Source: an uncultured Staphylococcaceae bacterium
GTDB taxonomy: Bacteria; Bacillota_I; Bacilli_A; RFN20; CAG-826
NCBI GenBank assembly: GCA_964497235.1
Contig: CAZCCJ010000003.1
Location: 4,668-68,667, forward strand
Length of the DNA stretch: 64,000 nt
Reading direction: 5' to 3'
Shown: positions 1 to 9,197 of the stretch, in pieces
Position numbering within the stretch: the stretch's first letter is position 1
Layout of the letters: each line of letters opens with the position of its first letter
Program-made: the position numbers and the translations under genes
The notes under the pieces: generated by a model
Databases searched by the model: none
Told to the model about the DNA's origin: nothing
Seen by the model: the letters and a program-made list of their open reading frames with translations, nothing else

Positions 1-360
1 TTGATAATCGACGAACCGACAAGCGGCCTTGATCCTAAGGCGGCTGAGGATACGATGTCATTGTTCAAGAAGATAAACGCCGAGAGAGGGACGACGATAA
101 TCTTCGTCACCCATGATATGGATTTGGTTTTGGAATACGCGAACAAAGTCATCGTTATGGAGGATGGGCGCATTCAGAAAATGTGCCAGCCAAACGAGCT
201 TTTTGGTGATGACTTGAAGGAATATTCATTAGATAATCCGAAAGTCTTCGATTTCGCTTTAAAACTCAAAAGAAGGGGTTTCTGCATTGATTTCTCGAAA
301 CTCAAGACGGTCGACGATTTGGGAAAAGAAATCGCAAGATGCCTTAAGGAGCGAAAATGA
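1..360 (+). CDS. ecfA: ECF transporter ATPase subunit (EcfA), C-terminal part; gene runs off the 5' window edge
   Basis: ABC signature/Walker B/H-loop region (IIDEPTSGLDP...FVTHDM), followed directly by ecfT. Confidence 0.8.
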   Translation: MIIDEPTSGLDPKAAEDTMSLFKKINAERGTTIIFVTHDMDLVLEYANKVIVMEDGRIQKMCQPNELFGDDLKEYSLDNPKVFDFALKLKRRGFCIDFSKLKTVDDLGKEIARCLKERK

Positions 361-1217
361 CGGGGATAACGTTAGGGCGCTACGTCCCTTATAATTCCTT
401 TCTCCACAAGATGGACGCCAGAGCCAAGCTCTTTTGTTATCTCCTTTTGCTCGTCTCCGTTTTCTTGTCTTTCGTCAATTATTCGACTTCTTTCTTGTTC
501 ACCGCTTTCTTAGTCGTGTTGACGATCTTCCTTTTGATTTGCTCTCACGTTTCGATTGGATCGTTATTCAAGTCGCTTGCGAGCTTATGGTTTTTCGTGG
601 TCTTTTTGTTGCTTATATACATTCTTGTTCCGAGTTCTTCGTATACGAACGTCGCATTCAAAATCGGGGATTTCCCTTTCTATTACGAATCTCTCTTGGA
701 AGCTGCTCGCATCATGCTTCGCTTGATGCTTATGGTTGCTTTGTCGATGGTTTTGACTAGCAGCACTAAGCCTCTGGATCTGACGGCCGCGTTAGAGTGG
801 TATCTATATCCGCTTAAAGTGATTGGCGTCCCATCTCATATCATCGCCATGATCATAACCTTAGCCCTTCGTTTCATACCGACGATACTGGATGACGTCG
901 ATAGAATCATGAAGGCTCAAGCTTCCCGTGGGGTCGATTTCAAGCATGGCGGACTCAAAACGAAGTTCCGTTCAATCATCTCTTTGATTATCCCTTTGTT
1001 CGCCACCTCGTTAGTTAGAAGCGACGAGCTTGCCGACGCCATGGAAGCGAGGGGGTACGATCCGAAAGCGAAGAGAACGCGTTATCGCAAGATTCATTTC
1101 CATTTCTTGGATTTGCTATGGGTCATCTTGTGCTCTCTCATACTCTCTTTGTTCATTACGGCTTCCGTCATGAAATTTGATCCATTCTCGTTCTTTTGGG
1201 GGCTTAATGTGCTATGA
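357..1217 (+). CDS. ecfT: ECF transporter transmembrane subunit EcfT
   Basis: 286 aa polytopic membrane protein overlapping the ecfA stop; typical EcfT size and context. Confidence 0.75.
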   Translation: MTGITLGRYVPYNSFLHKMDARAKLFCYLLLLVSVFLSFVNYSTSFLFTAFLVVLTIFLLICSHVSIGSLFKSLASLWFFVVFLLLIYILVPSSSYTNVAFKIGDFPFYYESLLEAARIMLRLMLMVALSMVLTSSTKPLDLTAALEWYLYPLKVIGVPSHIIAMIITLALRFIPTILDDVDRIMKAQASRGVDFKHGGLKTKFRSIISLIIPLFATSLVRSDELADAMEARGYDPKAKRTRYRKIHFHFLDLLWVILCSLILSLFITASVMKFDPFSFFWGLNVL

Positions 1218-1948
1218 GCGTTTTTAAAGCAGTCATAAGCTATGACGGGCGTTTCTATAATGGCTTTCAAAAACAGCCGAACAAAGAGACCGTCCAAGGC
1301 GTGCTTGAGGCGAGGATAAGCCATTTATTGGGCGTCTCAACCCCCATTCATGGGGCTGGAAGAACCGATGCCGGCGTAAGCGCGAGGGGGCAGGTAATTT
1401 CCTTCAAATGCGATAAAGAACTTGATTTGGATAAAACCAAAACGGCGCTTAATAGATTGTTGCCGCCCGACATATTTTGCGTCTCTTTGGAGAAGGCGCT
1501 TGATGGTTTCGACGCCAGGCATTCTTCGAAAGGGAAAGTCTATTCATATTCCTTTTGCTATAAGGGAAGGGATCCTTTGAACGCTTTCGAGACGCCTCTT
1601 ATGGTTAAGGATTTCGATTTCGGGCTTTTCAAAAAAGCGATGGGGATTTACGTGGGAAAACACGATTTCAAGAATTTCACGACGAAGAAAGAAGACAAAG
1701 ACGAATTCATTAGAGACGTCACATTGAAGGAGATATCTGACCATGATGGGCATGCGAAAGTCGTTCTATCATCGAATGGCTTCATGACTTATATGGTGCG
1801 AATCCTAATTGGAGCGGCATGCAAGGTCGCCACGAAGAAAAGAGACATTGAGTGGCTTAAGTCTTCTTTGGAAGGTGAAGGAAGGAAGATAATCTCATTC
1901 AAAAGCAGTCCGGTTGGACTCGTGTTGGAGGAAGTGATTTATGAGTAA
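1214..1948 (+). CDS. truA: tRNA pseudouridine(38-40) synthase TruA
   Basis: GAGRTDAGVSARGQV catalytic motif; 244 aa; classic ecfA-ecfT-truA linkage. Confidence 0.85.
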   Translation: MSVFKAVISYDGRFYNGFQKQPNKETVQGVLEARISHLLGVSTPIHGAGRTDAGVSARGQVISFKCDKELDLDKTKTALNRLLPPDIFCVSLEKALDGFDARHSSKGKVYSYSFCYKGRDPLNAFETPLMVKDFDFGLFKKAMGIYVGKHDFKNFTTKKEDKDEFIRDVTLKEISDHDGHAKVVLSSNGFMTYMVRILIGAACKVATKKRDIEWLKSSLEGEGRKIISFKSSPVGLVLEEVIYE

Positions 1949-2762
1949 TGGAAAACCGATTTCGTGCAATTACCATTGCCACACGAAAAGATGCGGCCAT
2001 GCGATAGGGGAAGACGAGGAATACGCCAAAGAAGCGATCGCCGGTCATTACGACGTCTTGGGTTTTAGCGATCACGTTATACTCGATCATCATAAGCAAG
2101 AAGGGATGCGCGGCGATTTCTCCCTTTTGCCGGGCTACGTCCATTCGATCAAGTCCTTGGCCGCCAAATACAAAGATGACATTGAAATACATCTAGGTTT
2201 TGAAGCGGAGTGGTTTTATGAGGAATATCGGTCATATTACGAGAAACTCTTGAGCGATGGTCTAGTCCAGTATTTCATCCTCGGCCAGCATTGCTTTCTC
2301 ACCGATGACGATAGATTCTTCTGGTATTGCGCCATGGCCGATCGTGATTTGGCCACCAGAAAATACACTGAGGACCTTTTATCCGGGATGAGGAGTGGAC
2401 TATATCGATATGTCGCCCATCCCGATCTATTCGCCTCTTGGAATGAGGGATGGACCGATGCGTGCGAGGAATCGGCCAGGAAGATAATCTCCTTGGCCAA
2501 AGATCTCAAGATGCCTTTAGAGATAAACATGGGTCCTGCGACTAGAGAACAAAGGGATTTCGTCAATTCGAATCTGAATCATTTCTATCCGAACTCCCGT
2601 TTTTGGGACTTGGTGGCGGAAGCCGGTGCCAAAGCGATCATCGGTGTCGATGCCCATATACCAGGTCTATTGCGAAGCGCGCCATTCGATTGGGTGAGGG
2701 ACTTCGCCAAGAAGAGGGGAATAGAGGTCATTGAACGTTTGGATTTGCCTCTTTTGGTCTAA
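1941..2762 (+). CDS. PHP-domain phosphoesterase (HisK-type histidinol-phosphatase family)
   Basis: N-terminal H-x-H ...HCHTKRCGHA metal-binding motif and later His/Asp residues typical of the PHP fold. Confidence 0.55.
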   Translation: MSNGKPISCNYHCHTKRCGHAIGEDEEYAKEAIAGHYDVLGFSDHVILDHHKQEGMRGDFSLLPGYVHSIKSLAAKYKDDIEIHLGFEAEWFYEEYRSYYEKLLSDGLVQYFILGQHCFLTDDDRFFWYCAMADRDLATRKYTEDLLSGMRSGLYRYVAHPDLFASWNEGWTDACEESARKIISLAKDLKMPLEINMGPATREQRDFVNSNLNHFYPNSRFWDLVAEAGAKAIIGVDAHIPGLLRSAPFDWVRDFAKKRGIEVIERLDLPLLV

Positions 2763-2832
2763 GAGACCAGAAAAAACTATATCGCCCTCGTTATAGAGTG
2801 CTAGAATATCACCGATTTTTAAGGAGAACCCC

Positions 2833-3543
2833 ATGGGAAGACACTTTGAAGTGCGTGCCGCCGCGATGGCAGCGACCGCCAAAGCCAAAAGCGCAATCTA
2901 TATGCGCGCATCGAAGGAGATTTATGCCGCCGCAAAAAGTGGTATCCCTGATCCGGAGAACAATTTAGCGCTTAGGAGCGCGATCGAAAAATTCCGCAAA
3001 ACCTGCCCGAAAGACGTCATCGACAGAGCCATTGAGAAAGCCAAAGGCGGAGACGCCGTCGCTTATATCCCAGGCCGATATGAATTCTTTGGTCCGGGCG
3101 GATCTTATGTCATCGTCGATACCTTGACCGACAACGTGAACCGCGCCTTGGTCAACGTCAGAACCATCGTGACGAGAAAAGGCGGCAAGATGGGAAGCGT
3201 CGCCTATAACTTTAATTACGCCGCCGTGCTTGACGTCAAGGGCGACGAAGCGAAGCGCGATGAAATCGAAGAAGCCTTGATTTTGGGCGACGTCGATGTC
3301 CAAAGCGTGACTTCCGAAGAAGGCGAAGTCGAGATTCAATGCGCCTCGTCCGACTTAGAGAAAGCGAAAGACGTCCTCAAAGAAATGGGAATCGTCGATT
3401 TCGACACCGCCGAAGTCACTTTCATCCCGAATCAATACGTCACATTGGCCCCCGAGGATATCCAAAAGATGAAGGATATGCTCGCGCAACTCGACGAATG
3501 CGAAGACGTTCAGAACGTCTATCATAACGTTGAGAACGTCTAA
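2833..3543 (+). CDS. YebC/PmpR-family transcriptional regulator paralogue
   Basis: 236 aa; conserved GRYEFFGPGG and family-typical acidic C-terminal domain. Confidence 0.7.
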   Translation: MGRHFEVRAAAMAATAKAKSAIYMRASKEIYAAAKSGIPDPENNLALRSAIEKFRKTCPKDVIDRAIEKAKGGDAVAYIPGRYEFFGPGGSYVIVDTLTDNVNRALVNVRTIVTRKGGKMGSVAYNFNYAAVLDVKGDEAKRDEIEEALILGDVDVQSVTSEEGEVEIQCASSDLEKAKDVLKEMGIVDFDTAEVTFIPNQYVTLAPEDIQKMKDMLAQLDECEDVQNVYHNVENV

Positions 3544-3559
3544 TTCTTTCATTGCAACA

Positions 3560-3591
3560 TCTGGCTGCCCATCGGGCGGCCTTTTTTGTTA
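3560..3591 (+). terminator. rho-independent terminator after YebC-family gene
   Basis: GGCTGCCCATCGGGCGGCC hairpin followed by TTTTTTG. Confidence 0.5.
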
Positions 3592-3604
3592 GTATATCAA
3601 CGAT

Positions 3605-4486
3605 ATGAAAAACCTAACCGTTTCTAAGATAGAAAGATTCATCATCTACCCAAGCCTCATCGCTCTTTTCGTTCTTTTGGCGTTCTTCGATCTTCCGATC
3701 ATGGAATCGCTATATAACCGTGACAGCGTTTGGGCGCGCATTTTCGAATTCATCGGAGAACAGCCCTTTCAATTCTTCACGGTGTTTGGCGGCGTGCTGA
3801 TGTTCAAATATCGTCCTAAAGATGTTTTGTGGAAGAACATTCTTTTCGCCGTTCTCGGCATCGTTTTGGCGGTTTTCTTCGCTTTATACGCCGGATCGCA
3901 GATGTTCTCGTATATCAAAGAGCTTGGGTTAGGCGAGAAATACTGGCTTTTATTCTTGGTGGCATCGATATATGTGGCAGGGGCCTTTACGCTCGCGTAT
4001 CTAATTAAGAATATAGACGACAAGAAAGCTTTCGCATTCGGCGTTTCAGTCATACTTCTTTATGCGTTTATTTGGATAGCGATGAACGCCGGCAAGGTTC
4101 TTTGGCAACGCCCCCGTTGGAGGTATTTGGTGACGACCGATGACCCGCTTGGCGGATATAGGAACGTTTGGGAGCCTTCTCCCAGTTGGCCTTTTAGAAG
4201 CTTCTTCGCCTCCTTCCCTAGCGGACACACCATGAATGCGGTGGGAGGGCTCGTCATCGCTTATTTCTTCAAAGACAAGATTAGCGAGAAATCCTATCTT
4301 CTCCTTAGAATATCCGTTTATTTGTGGACGTTGTTGACCGCTTTATCGAGGATCATCGTCGGCGCCCATTTCGCCAGCGACGTGACGATGGGGTTCTTGC
4401 TAGGCTTCCTTTTATACGATATGACGTTCACATTCCTTCTTCCATGCCTCGAAAAATCGGTTAATAAAGCTAGGAAAATAGCCTGA
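3605..4486 (+). CDS. PAP2-family membrane phosphatase
   Basis: PSGH and SR..GAHFASD acid-phosphatase motifs; multiple TM segments. Confidence 0.7.
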   Translation: MKNLTVSKIERFIIYPSLIALFVLLAFFDLPIMESLYNRDSVWARIFEFIGEQPFQFFTVFGGVLMFKYRPKDVLWKNILFAVLGIVLAVFFALYAGSQMFSYIKELGLGEKYWLLFLVASIYVAGAFTLAYLIKNIDDKKAFAFGVSVILLYAFIWIAMNAGKVLWQRPRWRYLVTTDDPLGGYRNVWEPSPSWPFRSFFASFPSGHTMNAVGGLVIAYFFKDKISEKSYLLLRISVYLWTLLTALSRIIVGAHFASDVTMGFLLGFLLYDMTFTFLLPCLEKSVNKARKIA

Positions 4487-4635
4487 ATTTGATGAGTTTC
4501 GAAAGAAAAATATTCGATAGAGTCTAATAAAATTAACATTTTCTTTACAATTTGCCAAAATTTTCTTGCTTCTTTCCCTTCGACTCTCGATAATAGAGCG
4601 GCGTAAAAAGCTAAAAGAAAGTAGAGGAAAAGATT

Positions 4636-5079
4636 ATGCAACGTCAAACCACTATTGCGAATGACATCAACATTACTCGCAAATGGTATCTTGTCGACGC
4701 CTCTGGAAAGACCCTCGGCCGCCTTGCGACCCAAGTGGCCACGATCCTCATGGGCAAAGACAAACCAAATTACACCCCAAACTTTGATCTTGGCGATTAT
4801 GTCGTCATCATCAACGCTTCCAAAGTGAAGCTCTCTGGCAAAGAAGGCGGAGAACACAAGAAGAACTATTACAACGTCTCCGGTTATAACGGCGGCCTCC
4901 GCACCCGCAGCGCCGGCGTCATGAAACGCGAATACCCGGTCGAACTCGTCGAGCGTGCCATCCGCGGCATGATCCCACACACACGTTTGGGCCGTGCGAT
5001 GATGAAGAAGTGCTTCGTCTACGCCGACGACAAACATAAGCAAGAGGCCCAGAAGCCTGTTGCCCTTGAGATCAAATAA
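4636..5079 (+). CDS. rplM: 50S ribosomal protein L13
   Basis: unambiguous L13 sequence (WYLVDA..GKTLGRLA). Confidence 0.95.
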   Translation: MQRQTTIANDINITRKWYLVDASGKTLGRLATQVATILMGKDKPNYTPNFDLGDYVVIINASKVKLSGKEGGEHKKNYYNVSGYNGGLRTRSAGVMKREYPVELVERAIRGMIPHTRLGRAMMKKCFVYADDKHKQEAQKPVALEIK

Positions 5080-5090
5080 GGAGATAAGCC

Positions 5091-5483
5091 ATGGCAAACG
5101 AAGTTAAATATTACGGCACTGGCCGTCGCAAGAAGTCGATCGCCCGTGTCTATGTCAAAGCCGGCAAAGGCAACATCACCGTCAACGACATCGCCGTTGA
5201 GAAATATATGCCATATGCCACCCTCGTCCAAAACCTCAAGCAGCCTTTGGTCCTTACCGGAAACGAAGACAAATACGATGTCCAAGCTGAGGTCAAAGGC
5301 GGTGGATTCACCGGCCAAGCCGAAGCCATCCGTTTGGGCATTGCCCGCGCGTTGTTGCTCGCTGGCGCTGACCGCAAGACCCTCAAAGTCGCCGGAATGC
5401 TTACCCGTGACGCCCGCGTCAAGGAACGTAAGAAATACGGTCTCAAAGCCGCTCGTCGCGCTCCGCAGTTCAGCAAACGTTAA
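5091..5483 (+). CDS. rpsI: 30S ribosomal protein S9
   Basis: unambiguous S9 sequence ending ...[16 protein letters not shown]. Confidence 0.95.
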   Translation: MANEVKYYGTGRRKKSIARVYVKAGKGNITVNDIAVEKYMPYATLVQNLKQPLVLTGNEDKYDVQAEVKGGGFTGQAEAIRLGIARALLLAGADRKTLKVAGMLTRDARVKERKKYGLKAARRAPQFSKR

Positions 5484-5501
5484 TCGTTTCGATGCTCTTA
5501 T

Positions 5502-5527
5502 GCCCAGGGAAACCTGGGCTTTTTGTT
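5502..5527 (+). terminator. rho-independent terminator of rplM-rpsI
   Basis: GCCCAGGGAAACCTGGGC hairpin + TTTTTG. Confidence 0.6.
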
Positions 5528-5600
5528 TAGGAAAAATGGTCGGTTTATGAATCGTCGCCTTATGGATATGGTAAAATCCTATCGCCTTAACGGAGGAAAA

Positions 5601-7217
5601 ATGATGAGTAGCAAAGAAGTGTTGGCGAAGAAAGCCAAAGAAGCCCAGATCGTTTACGATTACCTTAGCGAATCGCTAGGTATTTCGTCGACTTTGCCAG
5701 TCACCTTCATCGCTTCGGATGAAGATGAGAAGGAACTAAAGAAAAATTATCTTAAAGAGAATCCTTTTCCGAATGTCATAGCCATTGTCTTGGCGAAGCT
5801 TCGTAAGAAAGCGGTCGACAAGCTTTTCGTCGATGAGAAAGTCCTTCAAACCAGCGTCATCGCCGCCGTTTTGTCTCTTGCTAGTAACCTTGCGACGGAA
5901 ATAGGCGAGTTACGTGGTGATGACGTCAAGGGGAACGACATCTATTGCGATGTCTCCTATGCTGGGTTACAAGCCATCCGTCTATATATGGCGAACTATG
6001 CGGACAAGAAGTTCAAGAAGAGCCGCTTGGCTTCCGCTTTAAGAGTCGATAACGCGATCAACGGTTCTTTCTATAAATATAAGACCAAAGATGGCCGTTA
6101 TATCTCCTTCCACACCTATTATCAATCGCAGCAAAAGAAGCTCGTCGAGGCGATGAAATTAAAGAAGCCTTATGACAAGTTCACGTTGCTATCGACTAAG
6201 AAAGACCGTCATTATCTAAAGAAAGAAGTGGCGAAATGGGATAGCAAGGAGCTTGAAGAGCTCGCTTTCGAGTGCGGCGCTTGCGCATGCGTGCTAAGGA
6301 GCCGCGAAGAATGGGAGGCCACGGAAGTCGGCAAAGCCGTTAAGAATATGCCTTTGATTCGCTTCGAAGATTGGGGCAAAGGAAAGATGGAATTAAGCGG
6401 CAGCCTTGATAAAGGGCCTTTAAGCGGAATCAAGGTTTTGGATCTCACGCACATCATCGCCGGTCCGGCTTGCTCAAGGATTTTGGCCGAATATGGCGCC
6501 GATGTTTTGCTAGTCAGGCGCGGAACGTATCAAGAGCAAGAGCAGGCGATGCTTGAACTCGACGGATGGGCGGGGAAAGATTCCATTCAACTCGATCTAA
6601 ACAAAAAGGAAGATTTGGAAAGGATTAAGGAGCTCATCAAAGAAGCCAACGTCATAACCTATTCTTACCAAAATGGATGTTTCGATAAGTTCGGCCTTTC
6701 CGAAAAAGAAATCCATGAACTAAATCCAAATGCCATATACAGCAACCTCATGTGCTTTTCGGATACCGTCTGGAAAGATAGGCCAGGTTGGGCTCCGTTA
6801 GCGGAAGACATCACCGGCTTATCAATTCGCAACGGATCCAAAGAGAATCCAGTGAACCTCAATGGCGTTCCGCTCGATTACATCCCGGGCTTTATTTTGG
6901 CGTTAGGCACGCTTATGGCGATACGCGACAATCTAAAAGACGGCAAAGTCCAAAAGGTTACGACTTCGCTTACTAGGGGAGCGGTATTGCTTCATGAAGT
7001 GACTGATCTATGCGAAAAAGAGCAAAAAGTCAGCGAAAATACGAAAATCACCAGCAAAACCCTGCCGAATTATTTCAAACATAGCCGCACTTACGTTGAT
7101 ACCAAGGCAATCGGAAAGGTCGGTTTTCCTTCCCCCGCGACCTATAACACAAAATACAATGACCTAGAGCAAAACATGACATTCTCCGATGGCAACGCCG
7201 ATTTCAAAACCGAATGA
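5601..7217 (+). CDS. family III CoA-transferase (CaiB/BaiF)-like protein with N-terminal extension; domain order appears permuted
   Basis: GIKVLDLTHIIAGP...ADVLLV Rossmann-like CoA-transferase N-motif sits at residue ~300 rather than at the N-terminus; RBS GGAGG before ATG at 5601. Confidence 0.5.
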   Translation: MMSSKEVLAKKAKEAQIVYDYLSESLGISSTLPVTFIASDEDEKELKKNYLKENPFPNVIAIVLAKLRKKAVDKLFVDEKVLQTSVIAAVLSLASNLATEIGELRGDDVKGNDIYCDVSYAGLQAIRLYMANYADKKFKKSRLASALRVDNAINGSFYKYKTKDGRYISFHTYYQSQQKKLVEAMKLKKPYDKFTLLSTKKDRHYLKKEVAKWDSKELEELAFECGACACVLRSREEWEATEVGKAVKNMPLIRFEDWGKGKMELSGSLDKGPLSGIKVLDLTHIIAGPACSRILAEYGADVLLVRRGTYQEQEQAMLELDGWAGKDSIQLDLNKKEDLERIKELIKEANVITYSYQNGCFDKFGLSEKEIHELNPNAIYSNLMCFSDTVWKDRPGWAPLAEDITGLSIRNGSKENPVNLNGVPLDYIPGFILALGTLMAIRDNLKDGKVQKVTTSLTRGAVLLHEVTDLCEKEQKVSENTKITSKTLPNYFKHSRTYVDTKAIGKVGFPSPATYNTKYNDLEQNMTFSDGNADFKTE

Positions 7218-7350
7218 TTTGCGCACTCGACGATTCCTAAAAACAAAAACGAAAAGGATTGTGATTTGATTGATTTTTGTAATCGTTGCCACTTTAACAA
7301 ATTACTTGCGTTTGCTAGAATCTAACCCATAAGGAGGATACTTTAGAAAA

Positions 7351-7938
7351 ATGAAGAAAGTATCGATCGGCACCATCTTGTCCGCAGTTGGTGTTTTGCT
7401 TGGCATAGCCGCCATGATTTGTCTTGCGGGCGCAGGTCTTTATTACAAAGACAGCAGCACTAGGGATCTTGCTGTTACGAGTGTCACCACCACGGTAGTT
7501 TCGTCTGCTGGCTTATTTGGTTTCGTTTTCGGTGGTCATGACTTCGTCAACGTCACGACGGTCGGCACCGCTGATCCGGGGACCATTACCGTCCATTATG
7601 ACGGCGGCATGAGCTATTTTGCTTTGATCGCTTTCATCCTAGTCGTCCTTGCTATCGTCGTCGCTGTCGTCTCTTTCTTTGCCAAGAAGCAATCGAAGAT
7701 GCTTGCCCTTGTCGCTGGTGTGCTTTTCATCCTCGGTGGCATCTGCATGTTCATGGTCAAAGTCGCCGGTACCGATTTCACCCAGACCGCCCAATCGCTT
7801 ACGGTGAAAACCACTTGGGCCGATTTCTTCAAAGACAGCAAATACGGCCTTGGCGTCGGAACGATTTTGTACGCTATCTTCGCTATCCTCGGTGGTCTTT
7901 CCATCGGCGCTTCTTGCTTCATCGGCAAAAAGAAATAA
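7351..7938 (+). CDS. hypothetical membrane protein
   Basis: 195 aa, several hydrophobic segments; good RBS (AGGAGG); terminator hairpin 7956-7987. Confidence 0.4.
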   Translation: MKKVSIGTILSAVGVLLGIAAMICLAGAGLYYKDSSTRDLAVTSVTTTVVSSAGLFGFVFGGHDFVNVTTVGTADPGTITVHYDGGMSYFALIAFILVVLAIVVAVVSFFAKKQSKMLALVAGVLFILGGICMFMVKVAGTDFTQTAQSLTVKTTWADFFKDSKYGLGVGTILYAIFAILGGLSIGASCFIGKKK

Positions 7939-7955
7939 GCGATTACCTTAATTCT

Positions 7956-7987
7956 AGTTGGCTCAGCCGTAAGGCTGGGCTTTTTTG
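7956..7987 (+). terminator. rho-independent terminator
   Basis: GCTCAGCC-GTAA-GGCTGGGC hairpin + TTTTTTG. Confidence 0.45.
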
Positions 7988-8183
7988 TTGATGCGGCCAA
8001 TATGACGCTCTCTTTGCCGACAACATTTTCTGACATTCATATATGGCGGCAATCGATGCTTTCATCGGTTATGGCGTTGCCAATCATATGCTATAACGCT
8101 CACAATCAAGAACATATTCGTTCAAACAATGAGAGAATGGAATGTCTAAAAAGAAAGCGATTGGAGTGACGTTGTTGTGATGT

Positions 8184-8580
8184 GTACCCAATTCTTTGGA
8201 CAAACTCGGCTACATCGAGAATTTCGGCACTGGCATTCCAAGGACGACGGCTGCCTATAAGAGTTTTGCCTCGAAGCTCGAATTCCATAGCAGCGAGAAC
8301 TTCTTCGTGGCCGTCTTTCCTAACGTGCCACCAAATAAATGACCAAATAAACGACTTGGGCCTGGAGACGCTTAGGATCGTTCAGAGGAACCCAGGGATC
8401 AAGGTGAGCGGAATACGCCAGGAGATTATGAAACCCGACAAAGAGTTTCGCTCGATTCCATAAGGAACGTGATCAAGAGAGACATCCATGATCACATCGA
8501 TCTCGTCGGCTCTAGAAAAACCGGTGGATACCACATCAAAGGGGAGTGTGATTTCTATATGAACACTTTTAGGACATAAA
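8184..8580 (+). pseudogene. C-terminal remnant of an AlbA_2/HATPase_c_4/wHTH-type putative transcriptional regulator, broken by at least two frameshifts/stops
   Basis: Three consecutive frames read ...LGYIENFGTGIPRTTAAYKSFASKLEFHS..., ...LETLRIVQRNPGIKVSGIRQEIM... and ...HIDLVGSRKTGGYHIKGE. These match the HATPase_c_4 C-terminus plus winged helix of this family, but there is no N-terminal part and no continuous ORF. Confidence 0.45.
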
Positions 8581-8749
8581 ATAACCCGTTTTTCTTGCTC
8601 ACCTTTTTATAATCTTTTCGTATATCCCACGGAAAGAGAAGCGTATGGACAAAGATTTGCTGGTTGAACTGATTAAGAACAACGAATTCTAACCACGAAG
8701 CCTCGTATTCGCGCTTCAGCAGATCTTCCAACATGCTTTTGTAATCCAT
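8555..8749 (-). pseudogene. possible N-terminal (AlbA_2-like) fragment of a second regulator copy, opposite orientation
   Basis: weak ...LLKREYEASWLEF... resemblance to the AlbA_2 N-terminus; 64 aa ORF only. Confidence 0.2.
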
Positions 8750-9085
8750 CGGTATTTTCTTTCATCGACATTTACCACGTTGCCTGGAATGCGGTTAAAA
8801 AATGTGAACTAAAAGCGAAAGGAATACGACAAAAGCTATTCTCGCGAAGAGCTTTTATACCTTTTTTTCGATAGCCATCGCAGCCACATGACTTTGTTAG
8901 GGAAAGAGCGAGCGATGTTCGTATGACTGCCTCACTGGGGGGAGTGTGACGCAAAACTCAAAAAAATATCGCTCCTTTCCTCATTGCGGGCTTATCGCCG
9001 TTAAAACATCATCAATCCCAATAGTTCTCGAGTGACTAAAGCCCAATTCTAAGGAACCCCTCGGAAAAGTCAAAATATAATAAAA

Positions 9086-9109
9086 TCCGGAAAAGTGTAG
9101 AATTCTACA
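9086..9109. repeat. composite palindromic repeat copy A (TCCGGAAAAG-TGTAGAATTCTACA)
   Basis: exact 24-nt match with copy B; contains perfect palindrome TGTAGAATTCTACA and TCCGGA. Confidence 0.75.
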
Positions 9110-9160
9110 TTTTTCAGGAATCATCTATTGTTCAAAAAGCATCCATGTGGGATAATCAAA

Positions 9161-9184
9161 TCCGGAAAAGTGTAGAATTCTACA
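9161..9184. repeat. composite palindromic repeat copy B, 14 nt upstream of the DUF4143 ATPase start
   Basis: identical to copy A, direct orientation, 75 bp apart. Confidence 0.75.
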
Positions 9185-9197
9185 GAAAGGGGGATTT

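Noticed and set aside
434-760. Numerous 60-170 aa ORFs overlapping or antisense to confidently assigned genes (for example 434-760, 2965-3339, 18379-19113, 34041-34700, 52670-53069)
   Set aside because: All lie within or opposite well-supported genes, lack RBS and have skewed low-complexity composition; frame shadows.
8772-8954. 60-aa minus-strand ORF in island debris
   Set aside because: No RBS, no similarity to anything recognisable; lies in a degraded intergenic region.
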